Assembly (NCBI GenBank): GCA_964057225.1
Contig: OZ059899.1
Coordinates: 11,408,001 to 11,472,000 of the forward strand
DNA from: Auanema rhodensis
Lineage: Eukaryota > Animalia > Nematoda
Reading direction: 5' to 3'
DNA: 64,000 nucleotides
Every line of letters starts with the position of its first letter. Positions within the stretch are counted from its first letter, which is position 1. The notes under the pieces are model-generated. The model did no database searches and was not told where the DNA came from. It saw only the letters and a program-made list of their open reading frames with translations. Below are positions 47,170 to 58,792 of the stretch, piece by piece. The translations under genes were made by a program, and so were the position numbers.

Positions 47170-47914
47170 TACGAAAGTACGAAATAACAAAGCGCTGATT
47201 ATGGGAAACGTGAATGAATGCAGATATTCTCAATTCCGATTCATTAACTAGATCGTGGTCAGCATTTTACAACATTGATAAAATAGAAACTGAGAAAAAA
47301 ACATCAACAAATGACACTATTAACTTGGTTTTTTGAACAGCTTTTTTATATTTCTTTTTCACTATGAGAGAACTTATATTTATTGCTTTTTCAAAATTTT
47401 CCATTTTTAACATTATACATCTTGACTATCACACATTGAGAACAACAGTTGGCAATGTTGGTTGTCACGTCATATTTCATGCAGTTAGATTTTCAGACAC
47501 ATTAATACCTTTGACCATTCTCATGAGTTTTGTAACGATAGATCGTAATAGGAAATGAATTGCTATAATATGAAAAAATACAAGACATAGTCAACATTGA
47601 TTTCCCCAAATAGTATCATGTTTGCTTGTTATTCAATTAGAACACTTATTTTTTGATTGTTTTCTTGAAATATTCTTTTTTTTCTTTAACAAAGTTATGA
47701 CTGAGATCAAAATTTGAACTTACTTTTGAACAATTAAACAGAAATTTAAAAAATATTTGCCGCCAGCAGGGGTCTTTTGATGTTTTTTTCTCAGTTTCTA
47801 TTTTATCAATGTTGTAAAATGCTGACCACGATCTAGTTAATGAATCGGAATTGAGAATATCTGCATTCATTCACGTTTCCTATAATCAGCGCTTTGTTAT
47901 TTCGTACTTTCGTA

Positions 47915-47988
47915 GCCGCCATAGCTCAGTCGGTTAGAGCTTGGGTCTAATAAGCCCAAGGTCGCAGGTTCGACCCCTGCTGGCGGCA
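47915..47988 (+). tRNA. tRNA-Ile(AAT), G26U variant
   Basis: GCCGCCATAGCTCAGTCGGTTAGAGCTTGGGTCTAATAAGCCCAAGGTCGCAGGTTCGACCCCTGCTGGCGGCA followed by AATATTTTTT. Confidence 0.93.
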
Positions 47989-48580
47989 AATATTTTTTAA
48001 ATTTCTGTTTAATTGTTCAAAAGTAAGTTCAAATTTTGATCTCAGTCATAACTTTGTTAAAGAAAAAAAAGAATATTTCAAGAAAACAATCAAAAAATAA
48101 GTGTTCTAATTGAATAACAAGCAAACATGATACTATTTGGGGAAATCAATGTTGACTATGTCTTGTATTTTTTCATATTATAGCAATTCATTTCCTATTA
48201 CGATCTATCGTTACAAAACTCATAAGAAGAATGGTCAAAGGTATTAATGTGTCTGAAAATCTAACTGCATGAAATATGACGTGACAACCAACATCGCCAA
48301 CTGTTGTTCTCAATGTGTAATAGTCAAGATGTATAATGTTAAAAATGGAAAATTTTGAAAAAGCAATAAATATAAGTTCTCTCATAGTGAAAAAAGAAAT
48401 ATAAAAAAGCTGTTCAAAAAACCAAGTTAATAGTGTCATTTGTTGATGTTTTTTTCTCAGTTTCTATTTTATCAATGTTGTAAAATGCTGACCACGATCT
48501 AGTTAATGAATCGGAATTGAGAATATCTGCATTCATTCACGTTTCCTATAATCAGCGCTTTGTTATTTCGTACTTTCGTA

Positions 48581-48654
48581 GCCGCCATAGCTCAGTCGGT
48601 TAGAGCTTGGGTCTAATAAGCCCAAGGTCGCAGGTTCGACCCCTGCTGGCGGCA
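48581..48654 (+). tRNA. tRNA-Ile(AAT), G26U variant
   Basis: As 47915-47988. Confidence 0.93.
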
Positions 48655-49112
48655 AATATTTTTTAAATTTCTGTTTAATTGTTCAAAAGTAAGTTCAAAT
48701 TTTGATCTCAGTCATAACTTTGTTAAAGAAAAAAAAGAATATTTCAAGAAAACAATCAAAAAATAAGTGTTCTAATTGAATAACAAGCAAACATGATACT
48801 ATTTGGGAAAATCAATGATGACTATGTCTTGTATTTTTTCATATTATAGCAATTCATTTCCTATTACGATCTATCGTTACAAAACTCATAAGAAGAATGG
48901 TCAAAGGTATTAATGTGTCTGAAAACCTAACTGCATGAAATATGACGTGACAACCAACATTGCCAACTGTTGTTCTCAATGTGTGATAGTCAAGATGTAT
49001 AATGTTAAAAATGGAAAATTTTGAAAAAGCAATAAATATAAGTTCTCTCATAGTGAAAAAAGAAACATAAAAAAGCTGTTCAAAAAACCAAGTTAATAGT
49101 GTCATTTGTTGA

Positions 49113-49703
49113 TCACAAAGAAAGCAGAGAACGTCATCACCACCTTTAAAGATTGAAACGAAAGCAGTACAAGCGCAAGCACATTATATTGGCTCCAAAG
49201 TAAACAACGAGATACAATATAAACAGAATATATCTCAGAGAATAGCGCAAGATCATCTACAATATGCAACTACTCTTATACAGGAAGAATTGCAAAAGCA
49301 TTTTATGGAATCTTACGAATCCATATGCGAGATACAAAATAGATATCTCGAATTGTGGCGTTCAATTCTCCAAATAGAGCCAACCATAGCAATGAGAACA
49401 ATCCTTGGCAGAGAAGACATAGCAGCGCGTTTCGTGGGCAGCGAAATAGTTCATGTTCATATATGCCTACCAATAGAGCCTAAAACCGTTCACCACTCTC
49501 ATAAAATTAATGAAACATGTTACTTAGAGACACCAGTAACAACCGAAGACAACAAATTATATTTCGCAGCACCGGGATCAAGAGATTTACTCTCGTACGG
49601 GAAAGAAATCGACTGCAAACACGTACCAACTGATATTTATGAGAAAAACGGGGAATGGATGAACATTAATGGGTCTGACTACCGCATAAGCGTATGGAGC
49701 TAG
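49113..49703 (+). pseudogene. Herpesvirus gB-like (class III) envelope glycoprotein, C-terminal ectodomain fragment
   Basis: Frame open from 49113: RKQR...LQYATTLIQEEL...ICEIQNRYLELWRSILQIEPTIAMRTILGREDIAARFVGSEIVHVHICLPI...CYLETPV, matching the gB central-helix/domain IV pattern by eye. Confidence 0.75.
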
Positions 49704-49779
49704 TTTAGCTTCAATACGACAAAATCACGTACTAAATACGATCCACAACGACCCAAAGATAACGTCAGCCTTTATTCTT

Positions 49780-50904
49780 TTGAAAAAGGGCAGCGATTAT
49801 ATTTCGAAAGCAACTGAGTTCACAACTACAGCCTGGAATAGCATAAAACAATTCTTAATGGGGACAATTGAAAGAACCTTAATATTAATAGGATCTACTG
49901 TTCTAATCATTGCAGCAATCATAATTACCATCTTTGCCGGGAAATTCTACTTTTTCAAAGCAATGCCACTACCAGTCATGCATATTCAAAGAGCAGACAA
50001 CGAGCCCCCAGGCTACGAGGAAACTTTAGAACTCGTTAGCCGCCCAGACCAACCAATGCCAGAAAATATAATGAAGCAGTATTACCCGGCGCTCGTAACA
50101 TTCATTCCACTAGCAATACCATTTATTGCTTTTATTAAATCAAAAGAAACAAAGCTACCACTTATCTATATATCAGTGGAAGATAAGCTGATATTAGCTT
50201 TATGGGATTCAGGCTCGTCAGTCTCATATGTCAGGCTATCGACATTAAAATACCTGAACATGGCCCAACACGTCAAAAAGCGACGATTAGTGGCAATGGC
50301 AGCAAACAAAACAACGTTTACATTATACGGAAAAATAAATTTAAACATCGAAATTGCTGGCTATGAGATAGAACATACCTTTTTGGTCTCAAATGACTGT
50401 GATTGCCCAGCCCCAGCTCTTATTGGGATGGACTTCATGAGCACGCTCGACAGTGAAAACATTGACGTCAGTTTAAAACCATCGAAAAAGATGCTAGAGA
50501 TCGGAAATTACGCACTCCCTTTAATTGAACAGGACGCCATTAAACAAACGGCAATAACAGTAAATATCATCAATTTGAAGAAAAGAATCATACAACCCGA
50601 TGAAGAGTCCACTATTCCAATCAAAGCTGATAGACCACTCAAATCAAACGAAGTGGTGATATTAGGGGACAACGGAAATGCATTAGCTTCAAGTTATCCA
50701 ACAGTTTTCCGTGAGACAAGTGGAGTATATGTAGTTTTCCGTAACAATACGGACAAAACATTAGCTATGGAAGCTAATTCAGTCATAGGGCAGGCAACAA
50801 TAGGAGAAGTACCAAGCTGGCAAACAATACAAGAAGACCCTATGCAACCATATATTCCACCAGAAGCAGATTGGGAGAATTACCCCACTTTCCAAGAAAT
50901 TTAA
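49780..50904 (+). CDS. Env membrane anchor and tail fused in frame to retroviral aspartic protease
   Basis: TLILIGSTVLIIAAIIITIFAG TM, PPGY, then LALWDSGSSVSY...ALIGMDF; frameshift to RT near 50880. Confidence 0.8.
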   Translation: MKKGSDYISKATEFTTTAWNSIKQFLMGTIERTLILIGSTVLIIAAIIITIFAGKFYFFKAMPLPVMHIQRADNEPPGYEETLELVSRPDQPMPENIMKQYYPALVTFIPLAIPFIAFIKSKETKLPLIYISVEDKLILALWDSGSSVSYVRLSTLKYLNMAQHVKKRRLVAMAANKTTFTLYGKINLNIEIAGYEIEHTFLVSNDCDCPAPALIGMDFMSTLDSENIDVSLKPSKKMLEIGNYALPLIEQDAIKQTAITVNIINLKKRIIQPDEESTIPIKADRPLKSNEVVILGDNGNALASSYPTVFRETSGVYVVFRNNTDKTLAMEANSVIGQATIGEVPSWQTIQEDPMQPYIPPEADWENYPTFQEI

Positions 50905-53530
50905 TGAATGACCTTAATCTGGATAAAGCAGATTTGAATAATGAAGACAAGCACGAGCTCACAAACATAGTTAAGAGCCATCGTGAGGCCTTTCTTAATG
51001 AAGATAGGAAGACAGGTCTATTTAAAGGACCCATTGAGCATACAATCCCACTAAGATCGGATATGGACATGCCAAGGTCAAGAATAACGAGGATTCCACT
51101 TGGTAAACAGGAAGAAGTGGAAAAGCAAGTAAAAGAAATGCTAGAGCAAGGCATAATCGAACCCTCTACATCCCTCTTCAATAGCCCTGCTGTGCTAGTG
51201 AAGAAGAAGGATGAGACATATAGGTTCGTGACAGATTTTCGAGCCCTTAATAGTGTCACGCGTAAACAAACATACGTTATACCAAGCATATCGGATATAG
51301 TTGACATGGCAGCTGGAGCTCAATTCTTCTCAAACTTCGATTTAGTATCAGGGTTTTTTCAAATATCACTACGTGAATCTGATCGTCGTTTAACAGCATT
51401 TACAACAACATCAGGCACGTATCAATATAAAAGAATGCCTATGGGTCTCTGCGGAGCCCCTCATACTTTTCAAACAGCAGTAAGATATTTGCAAAGTAAA
51501 TGCTCTTGCAAATTATTTGTATACTTGGACGATCTGCTGATAATCTCTGATACAAGAAAGCAACACCTTGAAGATATCGACGAATTATTACACGCGGTCG
51601 AAAGTTTGGGAATGAAAATTAAGTTAAAGAAATGTGCCTTTGCTCAACCAGAAGTAAAATTTCTCGGATTAATAATTGGAAGAGAAGGAATAAAACCGGA
51701 CCCTCGAAAAGTGGCTGCGATACAAGAATATCCGGCACCAAAGAACGCAACAGGCGTTCGCGCATTCTTAGGAATGGTTGGATTTTTTCGCAAATTCATT
51801 AAAGATTTTGCAAGTATCGCAAGCCCATTGTACGATTTGACAAAGACGGATACCGAATTCGCTTGGGAAAAGCAACACCAGGAAGCTGTAGATCGATAAA
51901 AAAGAAGTCTCACCCAAGTGCCCGTATTAAGTCCACCAAAATCTGATCGATTATTCATTATCGAGAGTGACGGCAGCAACATAGCAGTGGGCGCAGTATT
52001 ATTGCAACCAGAAGATCCCACGCAACCATTGAAGCATTTTCATCCTATCGCATTTGCCAGCAGAAAACTGGTAAAAGCGGAACGCTATTACGCACCAATC
52101 GAAATTGAAGCCTTAGGGTTAGTATACGCACTGAATCAATTTCGCACATACATACTGGGAACGCATACTATATGTATCACTGACCATCGCCCTCTCACAA
52201 GTTTACTAACTCGCAGAGACCTATTTGGTCGTCTTGCTAAATTTCAGTTAGTAATACAAGAATACGACATTGAGATAAGGTACAGAGAGGGCCAGCTCAA
52301 TAAAGTATGTGATGCATTGTCACGTTATATAGGCGATGAAGCAAATGATGCAAAGCCGGAAAAGAAGAAAAAGAAAAACGTAGAATCGATCAGAATAAAT
52401 ACTATTGATACACCTGCTATAAAAGAAATTCAACAAAATACTCCATGGATAAAGAAAACAATCGCGGACATCGAATATAGAACGCAAAAAAAAATGGTCT
52501 CTAACGATAGATATTGCGTTATGAATGGATTACTCTACACAAAACCAACAGACAAGAAACCACATCCTGCAATCGTTGTGCCACAAGATCATCCAATCAA
52601 GGACGAGATAATAGAATTATTTCACGAAGATCCTACAATCGCAGCGCATCAAGGAATTAATAAAACTAAAGAAGCCATCCTACGGAGATTCTATTGGACC
52701 AACATGCAAAAAGGGTTAGTATACGCACTGAATCAATTTCGCACATACATACTGGGAACGCATACTATATGTATCACTGACCATCGCCCTCTCACAAGTT
52801 TACTAACTCGCAGAGACCTATTTGGTCGTCTTGCTAAATTTCAGTTAGTAATACAAGAATACGACATTGAGATAAGGTACAGAGAGGGCCAGCTCAATAA
52901 AGTATGTGATGCATTGTCACGTTATATAGGCGATGAAGCAAATGATGCAAAGCCGGAAAAGAAGAAAAAGAAAAACGTAGAATCGATCAGAATAAATACT
53001 ATTGATACACCTGCTATAGAAGAAATTCAACAAAATACTCCATGGATAAAGAAAACAATCGCGGACATCGAATATAGAACGCAAAAGAAAATGGTCTCTA
53101 ACGATAGATATTGCGTTATGAATGGATTACTCTACACAAAACCAACAGACAAGAAACCACATCCTGCAATCGTTGTGCCACAAGATCACAAGAAATTGGT
53201 CAGAAACTGAGGAAAAGCTATGACGGACCTTACGAAGTTATTAACGTACAAGGATCCAAGGTGCAGATAAGGAATTCATCAGGAATGATACAAGATATCC
53301 ACAAGGATAATCTCAAACTCTTCTCAAACGCTACTCAAAATATCACTTACAATACCCGCTCTAATACACGCAACACTCACGAAGAAGAAGAAGAGGACAG
53401 CGATATAGAGATACTTAGAGTGATCAAAAGTAACGAGCAAGATAACACCGATAGCGAACCGGAATCAGAGAACGAAGATGGAGACGAATTATGGTTACCA
53501 CGGATGAAAAATCAAAAAGAGAAAGCATGA
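50871..53530 (+). pseudogene. Gypsy pol: RT, RNaseH (duplicated), partial integrase
   Basis: SPAVLVKKKD, DFRALN, DLVSGFFQI, MPMGL, YLDD; in-frame TAA at 51897-51899; 597-bp internal duplication; IN core missing. Confidence 0.9.
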
Positions 53531-54638
53531 AAAGACGACAAGAAATAACTTTATATACATTCTTTTCTTTTCTGTAAATTGTAAAATGAAAGTAACGGTG
53601 AATTAGAAAACTTTTTGATGAGAGATTAAGTGAGTAAACAACTAAAAATAAGGAATAAGCAAAAATATAATAGAAATAAATGGCTACCGTAATCCTATAC
53701 GACCGATAGAGATAATATTTTGCGCTAAACTGAGCTCCATATGTATCTCCAAGAAAAGACGAACATTGGCAGGCGCCTAAGCCACACCCCATCTGAGTGG
53801 TAGCCTCCATTAGTACTCAAGGATTCATTTAAAGAGACATATGGAGACGAGTAAATTATTAACTAAAATTATCCCCATCATCATTAGGATACGAGTAACC
53901 ATGTACCCGAAATGTTTAATAATTCCTTATATGGGGAGTCCGAATGGAACGTACCCTTTTTCAAAGATTTTTTTTATATAAAGAGTTTTTAGTGTATATG
54001 TAGCTGAGTTTTAGAGTCTAGGAGTTTACAAATAAAATTAAAAGTTTTAAAATCTACATGTAGAAAGATATATAAATAGTTTTAATAGGTTTCTTTATGG
54101 TATTAAGATAGAATTTGAATACAATAATAGGTTTTACGTTATTTTGTAACGGAGGATTAGAAAATAAATTTAGTCACTGTAGTACTGTAATAAAAAAAAA
54201 ATTTCTTTGTTTCATGAATGTGTGATTTATGTGAGACAATAAGGAATTATTAAACATTTCGGGTACATGGTTACTCGTATCCTAATGATGATGGGGATAA
54301 TTTTAGTTAATAATTTACTCGTCTCCATATGTCTCTTTAAATGAATCCTTGAGTACTAATGGAGGCTACCACTCAGATGGGGTGTGGCTTAGGCGCCTGC
54401 CAATGTTCGTCTTTTCTTGGAGATACATATGGAGCTCAGTTTAGCGCAAAATATTATCTCTATCGGTCGTATAGGATTACGGTAGCCATTTATTTCTATT
54501 ATATTTTTGCTTATTCCTTATTTTTAGTTGTTTACTCACTTAATCTCTCATCAAAAAGTTTTCTAATTCACCGTTACTTTCATTTTACAATTTACAGAAA
54601 AGAAAAGAATGTATATAAAGTTATTTCTTGTCGTCTTT

Positions 54639-57170
54639 TCATGCTTTCTCTTTTTGATTTTTCATCCGTGGTAACCATAATTCGTCTCCATCTTCGTTCT
54701 CTGATTCCGGTTCGCTATCGGTGTTATCTTGCTCGTTACTTTTGATCACTCTAAGTATCTCTATATCGCTGTCCTCTTCTTCTTCTTCGTGAGTGTTGCG
54801 TGTATTAGAGCGGGTATTGTAAGTGATATTTTGAGAAGCGTTTGAGAAGAGTTTGAGATTATCCTTGTGGATATCTTGTATCATTCCTGATGAATTCCTT
54901 ATCTGCACCTTGGATCCTTGTACGTTAATAACTTCGTAAGGTCCGTCATAGCTTTTCCTCAGTTTCTGACCAATTTTTTGTGACTTTATTGTTGTCATCA
55001 CCATGTCGCCGGGTTGAATGTTCCTTTCGTGCGTCCTTTGTGTTCTATCCTTCTTCTTTCTGGCGTTTTCTTGGTTTTGGGCAATACGTTCACGTATTAT
55101 TTGGTCTATTTTCATCATTTGAGGTCTTCTCGTAAGTAATTCTTCCGAAATCTCTTTGATTTTTGTTATGGTTCCCGGTAATTCGGCATCAATTTTCATT
55201 CTGCATTCTTTTCCAAAAAGTGCTACGTATGGGGCTATGCCTGTTGTAGCATGCTGAATGTTATTGATAACGAATGTAATTTTCGGCAATACGCTATCCC
55301 AGTCGCTTAGATCTTCCTTCAAGTAGTGTGTTAATCCTTCCTCAAGAGTTCTGTGTAGTCTTTCGACTTGTCCGTTTGAGTTCTTTTGGTGAGGAAGGGT
55401 GGGTTCATGTTGAATTCCCAGTTTTGTACACATTTCTTCAAACTTTTGAGATACAAAATTAGATCCTCTATCGGTGATCAGTCGATGAGGCGGTCCGTAT
55501 ATGTATACAAAGTTGCGTAGAAATCTGTCAATTGTTATTTCTGTCGTAATTTGCGGTACTGCTATCGTTGTTGACCATTTAGTAAAAGCATCCTGGATGG
55601 TAATAACGTAAGTACAATTCCTTTTTGACGGGGGAAAAGGTCCCATTACATCCATATGAACTCGTTCAAAAGGCTTGGTCGGTATTTCAAATTGACCTAT
55701 TGGCTGTACTGTCATATAATGTGGGTCCTTCTTCCTTTGTGCGCATTTAATGCAGTTTTTGATATATATCATGATATCATTTTGCATGTTGGTCCAATAG
55801 AATCTCCGTAGGATGGCTTCTTTAGTTTTATTAATTCCTTGATGCGCTGCGATTGTAGGATCTTCGTGAAATAATTCTATTATCTCGTCCTTGATTGGAT
55901 GATCTTGTGGCACAACGATTGCAGGATGTGGTTTCTTGTCTGTTGGTTTTGTGTAGAGTAATCCATTCATAACGCAATATCTATCGTTAGAGACCATTTT
56001 CTTTTGCGTTCTATATTCGATGTCCGCGATTGTTTTCTTTATCCATGGAGTATTTTGTTGAATTTCTTCTATAGCAGGTGTATCAATAGTATTTATTCTG
56101 ATCGATTCTACGTTTTTCTTTTTCTTCTTTTCCGGCTTTGCATCATTTGCTTCATCGCCTATATAACGTGACAATGCATCACATACTTTATTGAGCTGGC
56201 CCTCTCTGTACCTTATCTCAATGTCGTATTCTTGTATTACTAACTGAAATTTAGCAAGACGACCAAATAGGTCTCTGCGAGTTAGTAAACTTGTGAGAGG
56301 GCGATGGTCAGTGATACATATAGTATGCGTTCCCAGTATGTATGTGCGAAATTGATTCAGTGCGTATACTAACCCTTTTTGCATGTTGGTCCAATAGAAT
56401 CTCCGTAGGATGGCTTCTTTAGTTTTATTAATTCCTTGATGCGCTGCGATTGTAGGATCTTCGTGAAATAATTCTATTATCTCGTCCTTGATTGGATGAT
56501 CTTGTGGCACAACGATTGCAGGATGTGGTTTCTTGTCTGTTGGTTTTGTGTAGAGTAATCCATTCATAACGCAATATCTATCGTTAGAGACCATTTTTTT
56601 TTGCGTTCTATATTCGATGTCCGCGATTGTTTTCTTTATCCATGGAGTATTTTGTTGAATTTCTTTTATAGCAGGTGTATCAATAGTATTTATTCTGATC
56701 GATTCTACGTTTTTCTTTTTCTTCTTTTCCGGCTTTGCATCATTTGCTTCATCGCCTATATAACGTGACAATGCATCACATACTTTATTGAGCTGGCCCT
56801 CTCTGTACCTTATCTCAATGTCGTATTCTTGTATTACTAACTGAAATTTAGCAAGACGACCAAATAGGTCTCTGCGATTTAGTAAACTTGTGAGAGGGCG
56901 ATGGTCAGTGATACATATAGTATGCGTTCCCAGTATGTATGTGCGAAATTGATTCAGTGCGTATACTAACCCTAAGGCTTCAATTTCGATTGGTGCGTAA
57001 TTGCGTTCCGCTTTTACCAGTTTTCTGCTGGCAAATGCGATAGGATGAAAATGCTTCAATGGTTGCGTGGGATCTTCTGGTTGCAATAATACTGCGCCCA
57101 CTGCTATGTTGCTGCCGTCACTCTCAATAATGAATAATCGATCAGATTTTGGTGGACTTAATACGGGCAC
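54639..57170 (-). pseudogene. Gypsy RNaseH (duplicated) - integrase
   Basis: FHED...HQG...CIKC zinc finger; VHMDVMGP, ITDRGSNF, NGQVER (DDE); YDGPYEV (GPY/F motif). Confidence 0.9.
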
Positions 57171-57188
57171 TTGGGTGAGACTTCTTTT

Positions 57189-58217
57189 TTATCGATCTAC
57201 AGCTTCCTGGTGTTGCTTTTCCCAAGCGAATTCGGTATCCGTCTTTGTCAAATCGTACAATGGGCTTGCGATACTTGCAAAATCTTTAATGAATTTGCGA
57301 AAAAATCCAACCATTCCTAAGAATGCGCGAACGCCTGTTGCGTTCTTTGGTGCCGGATATTCTTGTATCGCAGCCACTTTTCGAGGGTCCGGTTTTATTC
57401 CTTCTCTTCCAATTATTAATCCGAGAAATTTTACTTCTGGTTGAGCAAAGGCACATTTCTTTAACTTAATTTTCATTCCCAAACTTTCGACCGCGTGTAA
57501 TAATTCGTCGATATCTTCAAGGTGTTGCTTTCTTGTATCAGAGATTATCAGCAGATCGTCCAAGTATACAAATAATTTGCAAGAGCATTTACTTTGCAAA
57601 TATCTTACTGCTGTTTGAAAAGTATGAGGGGCTCCGCAGAGACCCATAGGCATTCTTTTATATTGATACGTGCCTGATGTTGTTGTAAATGCTGTTAAAC
57701 GACGATCAGATTCACGTAGTGATATTTGAAAAAACCCTGATACTAAATCGAAGTTTGAGAAGAATTGAGCTCCAGCTGCCATGTCAACTATATCCGATAT
57801 GCTTGGTATAACGTATGTTTGTTTACGCGTGACACTATTAAGGGCTCGAAAATCTGTCACGAACCTATATGTCTCATCCTTCTTCTTCACTAGCACAGCA
57901 GGGCTATTGAAGAGGGATGTAGAGGGTTTGATTATGCCTTGCTCTAGCATTTCTTTTACTTGCTTTTCCACTTCTTCCTGTTTACCAAGTGGAATCCTCG
58001 TTATTCTTGACCTTGGCATGTCCATATCCGATCTTAGTGGGATTGTATGCTCAATGGGTCCTTTAAATAGACCTGTCTTCCTATCTTCATTAAGAAAGGC
58101 CTCACGATGGCTCTTAACTATGTTTGTGAGCTCGTGCTTGTCTTCATTATTCAAATCTGCTTTATCCAGATTAAGGTCATTCATTAAATTTCTTGGAAAG
58201 TGGGGTAATTCTCCCAA
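57189..58217 (-). pseudogene. Gypsy reverse transcriptase
   Basis: YLDD; same frameshift and premature stop as the + copy. Confidence 0.9.
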
Positions 58218-58792
58218 TCTGCTTCTGGTGGAATATATGGTTGCATAGGGTCTTCTTGTATTGTTTGCCAGCTTGGTACTTCTCCTATTGTTGCCTGCCC
58301 TATGACTGCATTAGCTTCCATAGCTAATGTTTTGTCCGTATTGTTACGGAAAACTACATATACTCCACTTGTCTCACGGAAAACTGTTGGATAACTTGAA
58401 GCTAATGCATTTCCGTTGTCCCCTAATATCACCACTTCGTTTGATTTGAGTGGTCTATCAGCTTTGATTGGAATAGTGGACTCTTCATCGGGTTGTATGA
58501 TTCTTTTCTTCAAATTGATGATATTTACTGTTATTGCCGTTTGTTTAATGGCGTCCTGTTCAATTAAAGGGAGTGCGTAATTTCCGATCTCTAGCATCTT
58601 TTTCGATGGTTTTAAACTGACGTCAATGTTTTCACTGTCGAGCGTGCTCATGAAGTCCATCCCAATAAGAGCTGGGGCTGGGCAATCACAGTCATTTGAG
58701 ACCAAAAAGGTATGTTCTATCTCATAGCCAGCAATTTCGATGTTTAAATTTATTTTTCCGTATAATGTAAACGTTGTTTTGTTTGCTGCCAT
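58184..58792 (-). pseudogene. Gypsy protease, C-terminal part
   Basis: Matches 50295-50904; truncated after the DSG site. Confidence 0.85.

Larger units (their letters stand above)
45982..47774 (-). repeat. tRNA-Ile array resumed (~2.7 units), last tRNA truncated at 47758-47774
   Basis: Unit sequence resumes exactly at the TSD. Confidence 0.95.
47777..49113 (+). repeat. Two inverted tRNA-Ile array units
   Basis: Reverse complement of the unit, 2x666 bp + 5 nt. Confidence 0.95.
49113..53930 (+). mobile_element. 5'-truncated, decayed Ty3/Gypsy-type element with order env-PR-RT-RH-IN
   Basis: gB-like ectodomain, TM, WDSGS protease, YLDD RT, Ty3-type RNaseH; integrase core deleted near 53187. 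Confidence 0.85.

Noticed and set aside
181-49105. Repeated 65/83/95-aa ORF (MRELIFIAFSK...) in every array unit
   Set aside because: Lies in AT-rich spacer antisense to the tRNA, length changes with homopolymer indels and has no recognisable motif; recurrence only reflects the DNA repeat
53530-54238. Gypsy PPT / 3' LTR
   Set aside because: No convincing PPT-TG boundary or second direct copy in the window
53424-54745. 128-aa ORF pair MEATTQMG...
   Set aside because: Antisense to the Gypsy 3' region; duplicated only because of the inversion
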